A stretch of DNA of 64,000 nucleotides, taken from the IMG/VR virus record IMGVR_UViG_3300046660_000403, positions 12,832-76,831 of that record. The stretch is one strand, 5' to 3'. The position numbers were made by a program, and so were the translations under genes. Source of the stretch: a virus. The notes beneath the pieces were generated by a model. It searched no databases. It saw only the letters and a list, made by a program, of their open reading frames with translations, and was not told the origin of the DNA. Positions 1-8,317 of the stretch are shown here, piece after piece. The number at the start of each line of letters is the position of its first letter. Positions within the stretch are counted from its first letter, which is position 1.

Positions 1-2
1 TG

Positions 3-332
3 TCTGCCGCCGCCAATATCCAGGCTCTGTGGAAGGCCTACCCGGAACACACGGCGATCATCGTAGAGGGCGTCAAGCGGTTCAAGGAAGGCGCCGATCA
101 AAATGGCCTGAAGGCCTGGGTGGTTCAGCAGATTTCTAGGCTGGACACTGAGAAGAAAGATGTGAGTAATCGCATCATTCCAAATTCTTCCGGCAATACT
201 GCATACGTTACAATAGTGAAGAAGCGCGATATTACTATTCGCTTGGCAGACCGCAATTTGGATCTGGAAGCGCATCGCGACAAAATAGAATCGTTCCTGC
301 GGACGTTAATTCAGCAGGAGAAAAATAGTTAA
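3..332 (+). CDS. 3' end of a gene entering from outside the window; probable ParB-family partition protein C-terminus
   Basis: Frame is open from position 3 to TAA at 330-332; lies directly upstream of a palindromic site, a terminator and rep. ParB call is positional only. Confidence 0.45.
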   Translation, partial: SAAANIQALWKAYPEHTAIIVEGVKRFKEGADQNGLKAWVVQQISRLDTEKKDVSNRIIPNSSGNTAYVTIVKKRDITIRLADRNLDLEAHRDKIESFLRTLIQQEKNS

Positions 333-340
333 TGTTAATA

Positions 341-379
341 AAATCAATGACTTACGGATTATTCAAATTGAATAATCGC
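341..379. repeat. 39-bp direct repeat copy 1: IHF-like box plus palindrome GATTATTCAA-A-TTGAATAATC (parS- or res-like)
   Basis: AATCAATGACTTA fits WATCAANNNNTTR; near-identical copy at 1941-1979. Confidence 0.8.
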
Positions 380-400
380 GTTTTGAACAACTATTAATTG

Positions 401-425
401 AAAACCCGGCCTCGGCTGGGTTTTT
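401..425 (+). terminator. Intrinsic terminator (possibly bidirectional)
   Basis: AAAACCCGGC-CTCG-GCTGGGTTTTT. Confidence 0.75.
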
Positions 426-470
426 GTCATTTCTACTGGGATGAATATGGGCCACTGATACCCACCATAG

Positions 471-558
471 AAAGCAAAACGCCCCGATTTGGCGATCGAG
501 GCGTTTTCAAACAATTAGATGCTGCACCAAGGGGGACGAGAGACCCCGAGGCCTGAGA
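471..558 (-). ncRNA. Counter-transcribed antisense RNA controlling rep (ctRNA/RNA I-like)
   Basis: Minus-strand promoter at 565-593, terminator hairpin at 476-507 with T-tract, located within the rep leader. Confidence 0.7.
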
Positions 559-564
559 AACTTC

Positions 565-593
565 ATCTTAGTCCCCCTTGGTATGGCTGTCAA
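565..593 (-). promoter_or_regulatory. sigma70 promoter for the ctRNA
   Basis: TTGACA-17 nt-TAAGAT on the minus strand. Confidence 0.8.
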
Positions 594-620
594 TAACTTT
601 ACCCCCTCCAGGGGGCAAGG

Positions 621-1814
621 ATGGCTATGCACGTTCCAAAATCGGAAGAGGCTCGCTTCTTCCAGGCAGGGACGGCGCTTAACCGCATTCTGCGGGAGGC
701 GCCTTACCTACCCCGATGCAGCGACGATAAAACGGCGACGCGGGTGAGACCGCGTGAGTACGCGATACGCTACCCGTATATGCAGGTGAATCGCCCGGGC
801 TTTGTGAGCTGGTTGATTTTCGACCTAGACCACACTGACGCTTGGCGCTGGGAGGATGCTGGCTTGCCGGCGCCGAACCTGATCGTGCGCAACCGCAAGA
901 ACGGGCACAGCCATCTTTACTATGCCATTACGCCGGTATGCACGACGGCTGCAGCGCGTGGCGGACCAATTGCCTATATGAAGGCGATCTACGAGGCATT
1001 CGCCGCCAAGCTGTCAGCAGACCCGGAATACCATTCGGGGCCTGTGGCGAAAACCCCAGGCCATCCATGGTGGCTGACGCACGAGCTGCACAGCACCGTA
1101 TACGAACTAGGCGATCTAGCTGACTACGTGGATCTGGTAACGACGAGCCCATGGAGCAAAGGCGTCCAGCTGGATGATGTTGCGCATTCCCGCCACTGCA
1201 CGCTGTTCGAACACCTTCGTCACTATGCCTACTCGATTGTGGGCCGCGAGCGCTCCAGTGGCACCCTCGCCTCTTTCACGCGACTTGTCGATGCGTATGC
1301 GCACAGCAAGAACCAATTCCTGCACCTGGGATTCGCCGCGAATCTGGCGCTGTCATCAGTCCGCGCCACTGTGAAATCGGTCGCTAGGTGGACATGGGAG
1401 CATTACACCGGCTCTCGTCGCGCAAACCGCGGCGTGATGCAGCTTGACGCCGAGCTGCCGCTGGCCGAGCGCCAAAAGCGCGCTGCGACCCGCACGCACC
1501 AAGAGCGCCAATCTGCCACGGAAGCGAAGATCCGCGCCGCATGTCGTTTATTGCAGGCACGTGGCGAGACACTGACTCAAGCAGCTATCGGGCGGGTCGC
1601 TGGCCTGGCCAGGCAGACCATAGCCAAATACAAGCATGTCGTTGCCTCCCCTCCCCCACCGACCATCAGTCTGGTGCCGCCTCCCGCCGCAAACCACGAT
1701 GTTAAGTATGCTGCACATCAGGTAACTGGGGCCTTGTCATTTGTTGAGCCGGGGGCAAAGATCCTACCCTCTTTAGCTGGTATTGCTAGATTGCCGAATA
1801 TTCATGATGGATGA
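621..1814 (+). CDS. repA: Plasmid replication initiator, ColE2-type Replicase/primase + PriCT + HTH
   Basis: LIFDLDH, PAPNLIVRNRKNGHSHLYY, KTPGH, SRHCTLFEHLRHYAY, TVKSVARWTW motifs; C-terminal HTH. Confidence 0.9.
   Translation: MAMHVPKSEEARFFQAGTALNRILREAPYLPRCSDDKTATRVRPREYAIRYPYMQVNRPGFVSWLIFDLDHTDAWRWEDAGLPAPNLIVRNRKNGHSHLYYAITPVCTTAAARGGPIAYMKAIYEAFAAKLSADPEYHSGPVAKTPGHPWWLTHELHSTVYELGDLADYVDLVTTSPWSKGVQLDDVAHSRHCTLFEHLRHYAYSIVGRERSSGTLASFTRLVDAYAHSKNQFLHLGFAANLALSSVRATVKSVARWTWEHYTGSRRANRGVMQLDAELPLAERQKRAATRTHQERQSATEAKIRAACRLLQARGETLTQAAIGRVAGLARQTIAKYKHVVASPPPPTISLVPPPAANHDVKYAAHQVTGALSFVEPGAKILPSLAGIARLPNIHDG
1700..1733 (+). other. Putative ColE2-like replication origin inside the 3' end of rep
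   Basis: ATCAGGTAACTGGGGCC resembles the ColE2 ori core ATCAGATAACAGCGCC. Confidence 0.55.
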
Positions 1815-1940
1815 TTTTATGAGGAACCCCAAGAAACCGCCCCGGCTTCGACAGCGCGATAGCGCTGCTTGATTTGCGAAGCAAATTCGACGGGCGACAA
1901 ACGAAGTGCGTCAGCGGATGTTCCGCCATCACTCCCTTAT

Positions 1941-1979
1941 AAATCAATGACTTACGAGTTATTCAATTTGAATAATCGC
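1941..1979. repeat. 39-bp direct repeat copy 2 (IHF box + palindrome)
   Basis: Exactly 1600 bp from copy 1; overlaps the recombinase stop codon. Confidence 0.8.
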
Positions 1980-3114
1980 CTTCAGTGTGAAGTTTTGCCC
2001 ATGCGTCCTGGGTTTCATTGTGGCGCGCGGCGTCTTCTTTATGTAGGTAACGTCCGGTGGTTTTGATGTGCGTGTGGCGTGCGTTGCGCTGCACGGTGGG
2101 CAGCGGCATCCCGGCGTCAAGCTGGTGCGTGAGCGACGAATGCCGTAACCAGTGCGTGGAAGCTTGCTCGATTCGCCGTGCGAGTTCGGGGTTTCCATCG
2201 GCGTTGGCCAGCGCGGCGGCGTGTTTCATGACGAGCTTGATCGCGCGGGCAACCGTGTAGTGGCTGGCGCGGCGCTGTGGTCCGCGAGAGGCAAGCAATA
2301 GCGGCAACGCTTCATCATGGTGGGGCAGGGCGGTCAAACCGAGGGCTTGCCGGTAGCTCTGATATTCCGCCAGCAGCTGGTCTGTAACGGGCACCTTGCC
2401 CCTCTTCCTCCCCTTCCCGATAACGTGCAGCCACCAGCGGCCATCGCGTTCGCGCGCGATGCTGCGCATGTTCGCCTGCACCAGCTCGTTCAATCGGGCG
2501 GCGGAATGGTAGTAGGCCAGGATGATGAAGCGGGCGCGCGCCTTGCGGATCGCTTCGCCTGGACGATCGGACGGCAGCTGCTCGACGGCCGCCAGCAGCA
2601 ACGGGATGGCGGGGGAGGGCAGGAAGCGCGACACGGCTTCCTCGCCCGACAGCGCCAGGTTGCCCAGCAGCTTTGCCGGGTTGTGCGCCAGGTAGCCCGC
2701 CGCGCGCGCCCAGCCGAATAGGCCTTTAAGGATCACCAGCGCTTGCCGTTGCGACGGCTCGGACAGCGGACCGAGGAAGGGGCGCCAGCGCGGATCGGTG
2801 CGCGGGTACTTCGCCGCCGCTACCCACTGGTCCGCCGGCGCCGGCTGGTTGATGAAGTTGGCGTAGGCCAGCAGGTGTTCATAGTAGACCGTGCGCAGCT
2901 GCAGGCCGTGGCTACCGCACCAGAGCAGGAAGCGGTGGGCTTCCTTGTCGGCGGCGCGGATGGTGCGGGGCGAGAGGTTGGGGCGTTGCAGCCATAGCCG
3001 CACCAGGCGCGCGTCTGTGTCGGCATGCGTGAGCGTACCAGGGGGCAGGGGAGGGCTGGCCAGCGTGGCGGCCGGCTGGAAGCGCGCCGGCGGGCGCGAC
3101 TGATCGTTGTCCAT
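1963..3114 (-). CDS. Tyrosine recombinase (plasmid resolvase-like)
   Basis: ARLNEL (R), GKGRK (K), HWLRHS, RH, TTGRYLH (Y). Confidence 0.92.
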   Translation of the reverse strand: MDNDQSRPPARFQPAATLASPPLPPGTLTHADTDARLVRLWLQRPNLSPRTIRAADKEAHRFLLWCGSHGLQLRTVYYEHLLAYANFINQPAPADQWVAAAKYPRTDPRWRPFLGPLSEPSQRQALVILKGLFGWARAAGYLAHNPAKLLGNLALSGEEAVSRFLPSPAIPLLLAAVEQLPSDRPGEAIRKARARFIILAYYHSAARLNELVQANMRSIARERDGRWWLHVIGKGRKRGKVPVTDQLLAEYQSYRQALGLTALPHHDEALPLLLASRGPQRRASHYTVARAIKLVMKHAAALANADGNPELARRIEQASTHWLRHSSLTHQLDAGMPLPTVQRNARHTHIKTTGRYLHKEDAARHNETQDAWAKLHTEGDYSN

Positions 3115-3126
3115 TGGACGTCCAGG

Positions 3127-3444
3127 CTATTGCAGGCGGGCCGGCGCCTCTTGGAAACTGGCGATACTGGCAAGCGCTGCGGCCTTTTTCTCGGCGGTGA
3201 TCTGCTCGGCCACCGGATCGGCGGCGCCGCCCAGTTCGCGGTGCATGCGGTACCACGCCGAGATCAAGCTGGCCAGGTTGGCCTCGGCGGTCTGCCGGAA
3301 GGCAACCGGGTCGATGCCGGAGGCGGTGCAAATGGCCTCGATGGGCGCCCATTCAAATTCCATATCGCCGCTCTCAAGGTGGCGGCGCAATTTCAGGGCG
3401 GAGAAATCGAGGCCAGCGGGGATGCGCAGTTTCGTGGCGGGCAT
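3127..3444 (-). CDS. Hypothetical protein (105 aa)
   Basis: AGGAG RBS before ATG 3444; globular composition. Confidence 0.75.
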   Translation of the reverse strand: MPATKLRIPAGLDFSALKLRRHLESGDMEFEWAPIEAICTASGIDPVAFRQTAEANLASLISAWYRMHRELGGAADPVAEQITAEKKAAALASIASFQEAPARLQ

Positions 3445-3466
3445 GGCGGCTCCTATGCGCAGTGCG

Positions 3467-3730
3467 CTATTGCGGGTTGGCAGGGGCTTCTGGAGTGCGG
3501 ACGTACTCGATGGCTTGCTCCAGGCGCAGCGCATCGCCGTCGCGCTGTTGGCCGTGCGTGATGCGTTCCCACAGGCGAAAGGCGCTCCACAAGGAATCGG
3601 CGAGCGTATCCGCATGATCCAGCTTGCCCTCGGCGCGATAGCTGCGCACCAGCCCGGCGACGAATTCAATGTGGCCGAGCATGTCGCCGGTGATCTGATT
3701 GTAGGTGAAGGACGGATTGTCGTTGCTCAT
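3467..3730 (-). CDS. Hypothetical helical protein (87 aa)
   Basis: ORF MSNDNPSF..., co-oriented with the downstream gene. Confidence 0.65.
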   Translation of the reverse strand: MSNDNPSFTYNQITGDMLGHIEFVAGLVRSYRAEGKLDHADTLADSLWSAFRLWERITHGQQRDGDALRLEQAIEYVRTPEAPANPQ

Positions 3731-3937
3731 GATGGCCTGGGGATAGATTGGCAATTGGGTAATTCTACGCCGAAAAAGTTGGCAAATGGTGAATGCGTGA
3801 GTACGGTAGTAATCACGCATTCACCTCTGAAAGGAGGTGCTTGCGGTCCCTTCAAATGTTTAATGGTCAACGCCTCTTGATTATTGGAAAATCAATGCCA
3901 TAAAGTATTGACCAACACTCAACCCCCGAGGCCGGCC

Positions 3938-4519
3938 ATGCAAGTAAACCTGAAGCGTCTTCACGGAAATTTCAACGCGGGCTATGCGCTCGATAAACAT
4001 ACCCTGAGCAGCACTCCCATCGGCCACAACGAACAGGGGCACATGCAATTCGACACCAAGCGCCCGCCCGCCGGCGAGGCGCTTTACCAGCTCAAGTACA
4101 ACAACAAGGATTTCGGCCAGGTCGAGCCACTGGCCCAGGCCGTGGTGGAGCATATCGTGCCGTTGCTGCCGAAAATTGCGATGGTCGTCCCGATGCCCCC
4201 CAGCCGGGCGCGCCCGCAGCAGCCCGTCACGGAACTGGCGCGCGCGATTGCGCGCAAACTGAACGTGAAGATGTTCGAACTGCTGCGCAAGGCCCCGAAC
4301 GGGCCGTCGCTGAAGGATTTGCCGACACGCGCGGAGAAGGTGGCCGCGTTGCAAGGCATGATCACGCTCAATCCCGGCATTACCAATGAGGGCCGCTGGA
4401 CCGCCCTGCTGGTCGATGACCTGTTCGACAGCGGCGCCACCGTCGATGCCGCGTGCCACGTGCTGCGCACCTATGAGAAAATAGGCGATATATACGTTGC
4501 TACGATCACTTGGAAATAA
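3938..4519 (+). CDS. ComF-like phosphoribosyltransferase
   Basis: LYQLKY, VVPMPPS, PRPP-binding loop LLVDDLFDSGAT. Confidence 0.88.
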   Translation: MQVNLKRLHGNFNAGYALDKHTLSSTPIGHNEQGHMQFDTKRPPAGEALYQLKYNNKDFGQVEPLAQAVVEHIVPLLPKIAMVVPMPPSRARPQQPVTELARAIARKLNVKMFELLRKAPNGPSLKDLPTRAEKVAALQGMITLNPGITNEGRWTALLVDDLFDSGATVDAACHVLRTYEKIGDIYVATITWK

Positions 4520-4523
4520 TGAA

Positions 4524-5171
4524 ATGACGACCGTTTTTGTCGCGGGCTCCATCACCATCAAGCACCTCGATCTGTTGGTCCAGCAAAAGCTGGTCAACAT
4601 GATGGAACTCGGCCATCACATCATCGTCGGCGATGCCGACGGCGCTGACTCGGCCATCCAGCAGTTTTTGTATGAGGGTGGCGCCGAGAACGTGACGATC
4701 TTCTGCACCGGCGACAAGCCGCGCAACAACCTGGGCAACTGGCCCATCAATGGCATCACGACATACCATCCAAAGGGCACGCGCGCCTACTTCACGGCCA
4801 AGGACGTGGCGATGGCGGAAGCGGCCGATGTCGGCCTGATGATCTGGGATGCCAAGAGTACCGGCACCTTGACCAATGTCATCGAGCTGCTGACCCGCAG
4901 GAAGAACGCGATGGTGTTCATCAACAAGGATAAGGCGTTGCAGAAGGTCGTCACCGTGGATGATCTTGGAGCGCTGGTGGCGCGCATGGCCGAGACCTCG
5001 CGCTTGAAAGCTGACACGAAAATGGGGCTGTTCGACCGCATCGCATCGCTGCGCTCACGGAAGCAGCAGATGGCCATTCTAGAGCGCAAGGCGGGCTCAG
5101 CATCGACGCCCGATGACACTGCCCAGACACTTCCCACGCATGACCTCGACACGCCAGCCGAGGCGCACTGA
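4524..5171 (+). CDS. SLOG-superfamily (DprA/Smf-like Rossmann fold) protein
   Basis: VFVAGS, IIVGDADGAD, KDVAMAEAAD, MIWDAKSTGT motifs. Confidence 0.75.
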   Translation: MTTVFVAGSITIKHLDLLVQQKLVNMMELGHHIIVGDADGADSAIQQFLYEGGAENVTIFCTGDKPRNNLGNWPINGITTYHPKGTRAYFTAKDVAMAEAADVGLMIWDAKSTGTLTNVIELLTRRKNAMVFINKDKALQKVVTVDDLGALVARMAETSRLKADTKMGLFDRIASLRSRKQQMAILERKAGSASTPDDTAQTLPTHDLDTPAEAH

Positions 5172-5223
5172 ATCGTTCGGTCGCCTGGCTTTATCCCACG
5201 TAATCTCATCTCCACGAAAGTCT

Positions 5224-5676
5224 ATGTCCATTTTCCAAAGCATTTTGCAAAGCCACCAAGAAGAGCAGCAAGCGGCGTCACATGCCGCCCAACGTGCCGC
5301 CGAGGAGCGGAAACGTGCCCAAGCCGAGTTCGTCATCCAGTTTGATGCGATGGTGAAGAGCATCATTAATCCCGCTTTTCACAAGTTCGCTAGCGCGGTG
5401 GCGGAGTTCGGCCACGAAGCCCAAGTATATGAAGACGACACATCGACGGACCGGATTGTTTACATCACATTTCTCCCGCATACCGTGCCGACGTCAAGGC
5501 CCCTGGATTTCAAGGTTGTTAGCGATGAAATGCGCCGGTGCCTTACCATCACTAGCAGCACAAAAAGCCATACAAACTACCCCATGGCCAGCGCCATCAG
5601 TCTGCAAGATCTGACGGAAGCGAAGCTGGAGAACTTCCTGGGGCAATGGCTCAAACAGCTCTTGGGCATGAAGTAG
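5224..5676 (+). CDS. Hypothetical protein
   Basis: 150-aa ORF, lower GC. Confidence 0.7.
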   Translation: MSIFQSILQSHQEEQQAASHAAQRAAEERKRAQAEFVIQFDAMVKSIINPAFHKFASAVAEFGHEAQVYEDDTSTDRIVYITFLPHTVPTSRPLDFKVVSDEMRRCLTITSSTKSHTNYPMASAISLQDLTEAKLENFLGQWLKQLLGMK

Positions 5677-5720
5677 TCGATTGGCTCGCAGGCGCGCCGC
5701 ACCTTCATTGACCTGGCGCG

Positions 5721-5756
5721 CTAATTTCCAAGTTTTTTTCAGTACGGACTGAAAAT
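5721..5756 (+). promoter_or_regulatory. Phage-specific promoter motif copy 1
   Basis: CTAATTTCCAAGT; TTCCAA-19-GAAAAT. Confidence 0.6.
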
Positions 5757-5783
5757 GGCCCTCCATTCACCACTGGAGTCACC

Positions 5784-6347
5784 ATGAAAAAGTCCCTCTT
5801 GATACTCGGTATCACCAACGTGCTGCTGTCGTTGTCCGCCTGCAGCGACCCGCACCCGCCGCCGGCGGCAACAGCGCCGGCCACCATCGTTACCTCTGCC
5901 ACGCCCGCCACAGCGGCGCCGATCATCATCAACAACACGCCGGCGCATGGTTCCGGTCTGTCGGATATGCTGGTCGGCGGCGCCATGGGTTATATGCTGG
6001 CCAGCTCGGCCAACAGCACCGCGCCGCGCGCCGCGCCCGACAGCGGGCACACCACCGTCAACAAGACCGTCATCAACAAGACCGTCGTGGTGCAGCAGCT
6101 GGCCGCGCCACCCAGTCCGGGCGCGAAGGCGCCGCCGACTGCGCCACCACCGGCGCCCGCCATGGCCAGCGTAGCGCACCCCGTCAAACCGGACTACACG
6201 ATAAAGACGGCGTATGCGGCGCCGGTGGCCAGCCCGGCCTATCGTGCGGCCGCATCGCCGGTGCGCATCGCCTCCACCTATAGCGCGCCGGCGCGCAGTT
6301 ACGCGGCGCCGCCGTCCTACTCGTCGTTCTCGTCCGCGCGGCGCTGA
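5784..6347 (+). CDS. Pro/Ala-rich lipoprotein
   Basis: MKK-hydrophobic-LSAC lipobox; GGAG RBS. Confidence 0.8.
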   Translation: MKKSLLILGITNVLLSLSACSDPHPPPAATAPATIVTSATPATAAPIIINNTPAHGSGLSDMLVGGAMGYMLASSANSTAPRAAPDSGHTTVNKTVINKTVVVQQLAAPPSPGAKAPPTAPPPAPAMASVAHPVKPDYTIKTAYAAPVASPAYRAAASPVRIASTYSAPARSYAAPPSYSSFSSARR

Positions 6348-6390
6348 TCGTCCACCCAGCCTGGCGCAACCGCGCGCCAGGCTGCCTCGC

Positions 6391-6426
6391 CTAAATTCCA
6401 AGTTTTACTTCAACCGCCAGCACAAT
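6391..6426 (+). promoter_or_regulatory. Phage-specific promoter motif copy 2
   Basis: CTAAATTCCAAGT; TTCCAA-19-CACAAT; preceded by hairpin 6360-6381. Confidence 0.6.
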
Positions 6427-6455
6427 CCGGGCTTCTCTATTCTTTGGAGGTTCCC

Positions 6456-7139
6456 GTGCACGCCTGCTCAACCTACCCCGGCATCGCTGCCGGTATCGCG
6501 CGCCGCGCTGAGGCCGCGATCCGCAACCGACACAAGGATCTTTTTTTATTCCGTAAGCATTTGACGGCCCCGGTTCGCCTGCCCACCAGCTATTGGCTCA
6601 CGCCGAGTATGAGCGATGCCACCCAACAGCGCCCATCCGCGCCTGCCACGCTCGACGCATCCAGGGCGCCGGTGGTACGCGTGGAGATCGCACCGCATCC
6701 GCATGACAGCAATCTGGAGGTGGCGAATCTGCCTGGCGCGCGCGTAGTGGTGCCGCGCGGCTTCCTGCGGCAGGATGATCTGGCCGTGTTCCTCGCCGCC
6801 GGCACCGAGCTGCCGGAATGGCTGCTGCGTGCGCTGGGCCGCTGGGATCCGCTGAGCGGCTATGGCACGCTGCGCGGCCCGGAGCACAACCGCGTGCGCA
6901 TCGAGCGCGTGCGCGGCGTCGTCTCCCACGGCCTGCTGCTTAAGGGGGCGCTATTGCGCGGGGGGCTGGATGGAGAGCCATGCTTTGTGGTGCGCAGCGA
7001 GCGGGAAGGATTCGCTTTATCGAAGGAGTTCCGCGAGGGCGATTACACCGCCGGCTGGCTGGGCATCCCGTACCAGGAGAACCGCGTCGACCTCATTTCC
7101 AAGTTTTTCGCCATGCTCTTGCACACTAGCGACTTCTGA
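6456..7139 (+). CDS. OB-fold protein resembling the N-terminal domain of DRB0094-family RNA ligases; no ligase domain
   Basis: PHPHDSNLEVA, DLAVF, LPEWLL, NRVRIERVRGVVSHGLL, EGDYTAGWLGI; GGAGG RBS + GTG. Confidence 0.65.
   Translation: MHACSTYPGIAAGIARRAEAAIRNRHKDLFLFRKHLTAPVRLPTSYWLTPSMSDATQQRPSAPATLDASRAPVVRVEIAPHPHDSNLEVANLPGARVVVPRGFLRQDDLAVFLAAGTELPEWLLRALGRWDPLSGYGTLRGPEHNRVRIERVRGVVSHGLLLKGALLRGGLDGEPCFVVRSEREGFALSKEFREGDYTAGWLGIPYQENRVDLISKFFAMLLHTSDF
7092..7127 (+). promoter_or_regulatory. Phage-specific promoter motif copy 3
   Basis: CTCATTTCCAAGT; TTCCAA-19-CACACT. Confidence 0.55.
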
Positions 7140-7155
7140 TCCTACGGACCCGCTC

Positions 7156-7668
7156 ATGCACCATTTCATCACCGAACAAGCGCGCGCGTGGTTGCGCGAA
7201 GCCCACCACCAGCCGAATACCATGGCGATGGTGGACCAGATCCATGGCAAGACCTATTTGACCTACGACCACGTGACGCTGGAGCACCAGTCCGGCTGTC
7301 TGCGGGTGGTCTTCTGGTGGGGCGGCACGGTTGTCTCGTACGCGAATATCATCGACGAAAAAACGGGACGCCGCTCCGCCTTGTCCCTCCCAGGTATTCG
7401 CGGCCGCATCCAGATATTCGACGTCGGTGACAATCACCAGGCGCCGCCGCTGCGCACGTGTCAATTTGCGGCGGAAGAGATACCACGCCCACCCACCTGG
7501 CGCGAGCGCGTGCAGGCGTCCCTGCTGCCGCATGCCGCGTATGCAGCCTGCGGTTACGCACTGGTGGCCGCAGTGGTCGGCAGGTTTCCGCCTGTCAGCG
7601 GTGCACTGGCGGTGTTTTCGTTGTTCGCCTTGGCGGCGTCCCTCCTGGGCAAGGTAAGCGCGCCATGA
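7156..7668 (+). CDS. Hypothetical protein with two C-terminal TM segments
   Basis: ORF from MHHFITEQ; hydrophobic C-terminus. Confidence 0.65.
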   Translation: MHHFITEQARAWLREAHHQPNTMAMVDQIHGKTYLTYDHVTLEHQSGCLRVVFWWGGTVVSYANIIDEKTGRRSALSLPGIRGRIQIFDVGDNHQAPPLRTCQFAAEEIPRPPTWRERVQASLLPHAAYAACGYALVAAVVGRFPPVSGALAVFSLFALAASLLGKVSAP

Positions 7669-8042
7669 TCGACCTGGCCATCATCGTGCACGAGATCGCC
7701 GTCGATGGCTTGCCGGCCTGGGATCGCAACTTCAACCTGGCACGGCACCTGCGCGGCCGCGTGGCCTTCCTGTTCAAGGACGCGATCTATGCGGGCGAGC
7801 CGCTGGCTGCCGAGCGCTATCCCGAGATCTACCCGCCCGGCAGCTTGGCGGCGGCATGGCGCGCCACCGGCGCCGGCGCGCCAACTGAACTTTTCTGGGG
7901 CGTGACGCACTGGATCGCGTTGGCGATGCCGCCCGCCGTTCTGGCGAAACTGCGCCCTAAACCGCTGCTTCATCCTGGCCGCCTCGCCAACCTGCCGGCA
8001 CAGGCCATGCCGCGTAATGGCGTGCTAATGGTGGCGCACTGA
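7665..8042 (+). CDS. Hypothetical protein
   Basis: ATGA overlap with the upstream gene; GVTHWIAL phage-type motif. Confidence 0.65.
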   Translation: MIDLAIIVHEIAVDGLPAWDRNFNLARHLRGRVAFLFKDAIYAGEPLAAERYPEIYPPGSLAAAWRATGAGAPTELFWGVTHWIALAMPPAVLAKLRPKPLLHPGRLANLPAQAMPRNGVLMVAH

Positions 8043-8131
8043 TGGTCTGGTTGCGTCAGGCGCGCGTCCGTCTTGCGCAATGGGCGCAGGCAATTATTTT
8101 CGTTGTTCACTTAACCATTGGAGTATTTCGC

Positions 8132-8317
8132 ATGATCGATATCAACAGTATCAAAAAAGAAGCCCAGGCAACCATCGCCAAGGAGCAGGCAGAGAAAGCG
8201 AAGACCGCCCTGGTGGCGGCGCTGCGCAAGCGCGCGGCTGCGGCGCAAGTGGTGCGCAACATCGACGCGGAAATCGCAGATCTGGAAGCGAGCATCGCCG
8301 ATGGCTCGTTTAACTGA
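8132..8317 (+). CDS. Small coiled-coil protein
   Basis: GGAG RBS; MIDINSIKKEAQ. Confidence 0.7.
   Translation: MIDINSIKKEAQATIAKEQAEKAKTALVAALRKRAAAAQVVRNIDAEIADLEASIADGSFN

Noticed and set aside
4505-4519. Fifth copy of the TTCCAAGT promoter motif (minus strand)
   Set aside because: Lacks the CTMA flank and faces antisense into the PRTase gene; explained by Thr-Trp-Lys codons.
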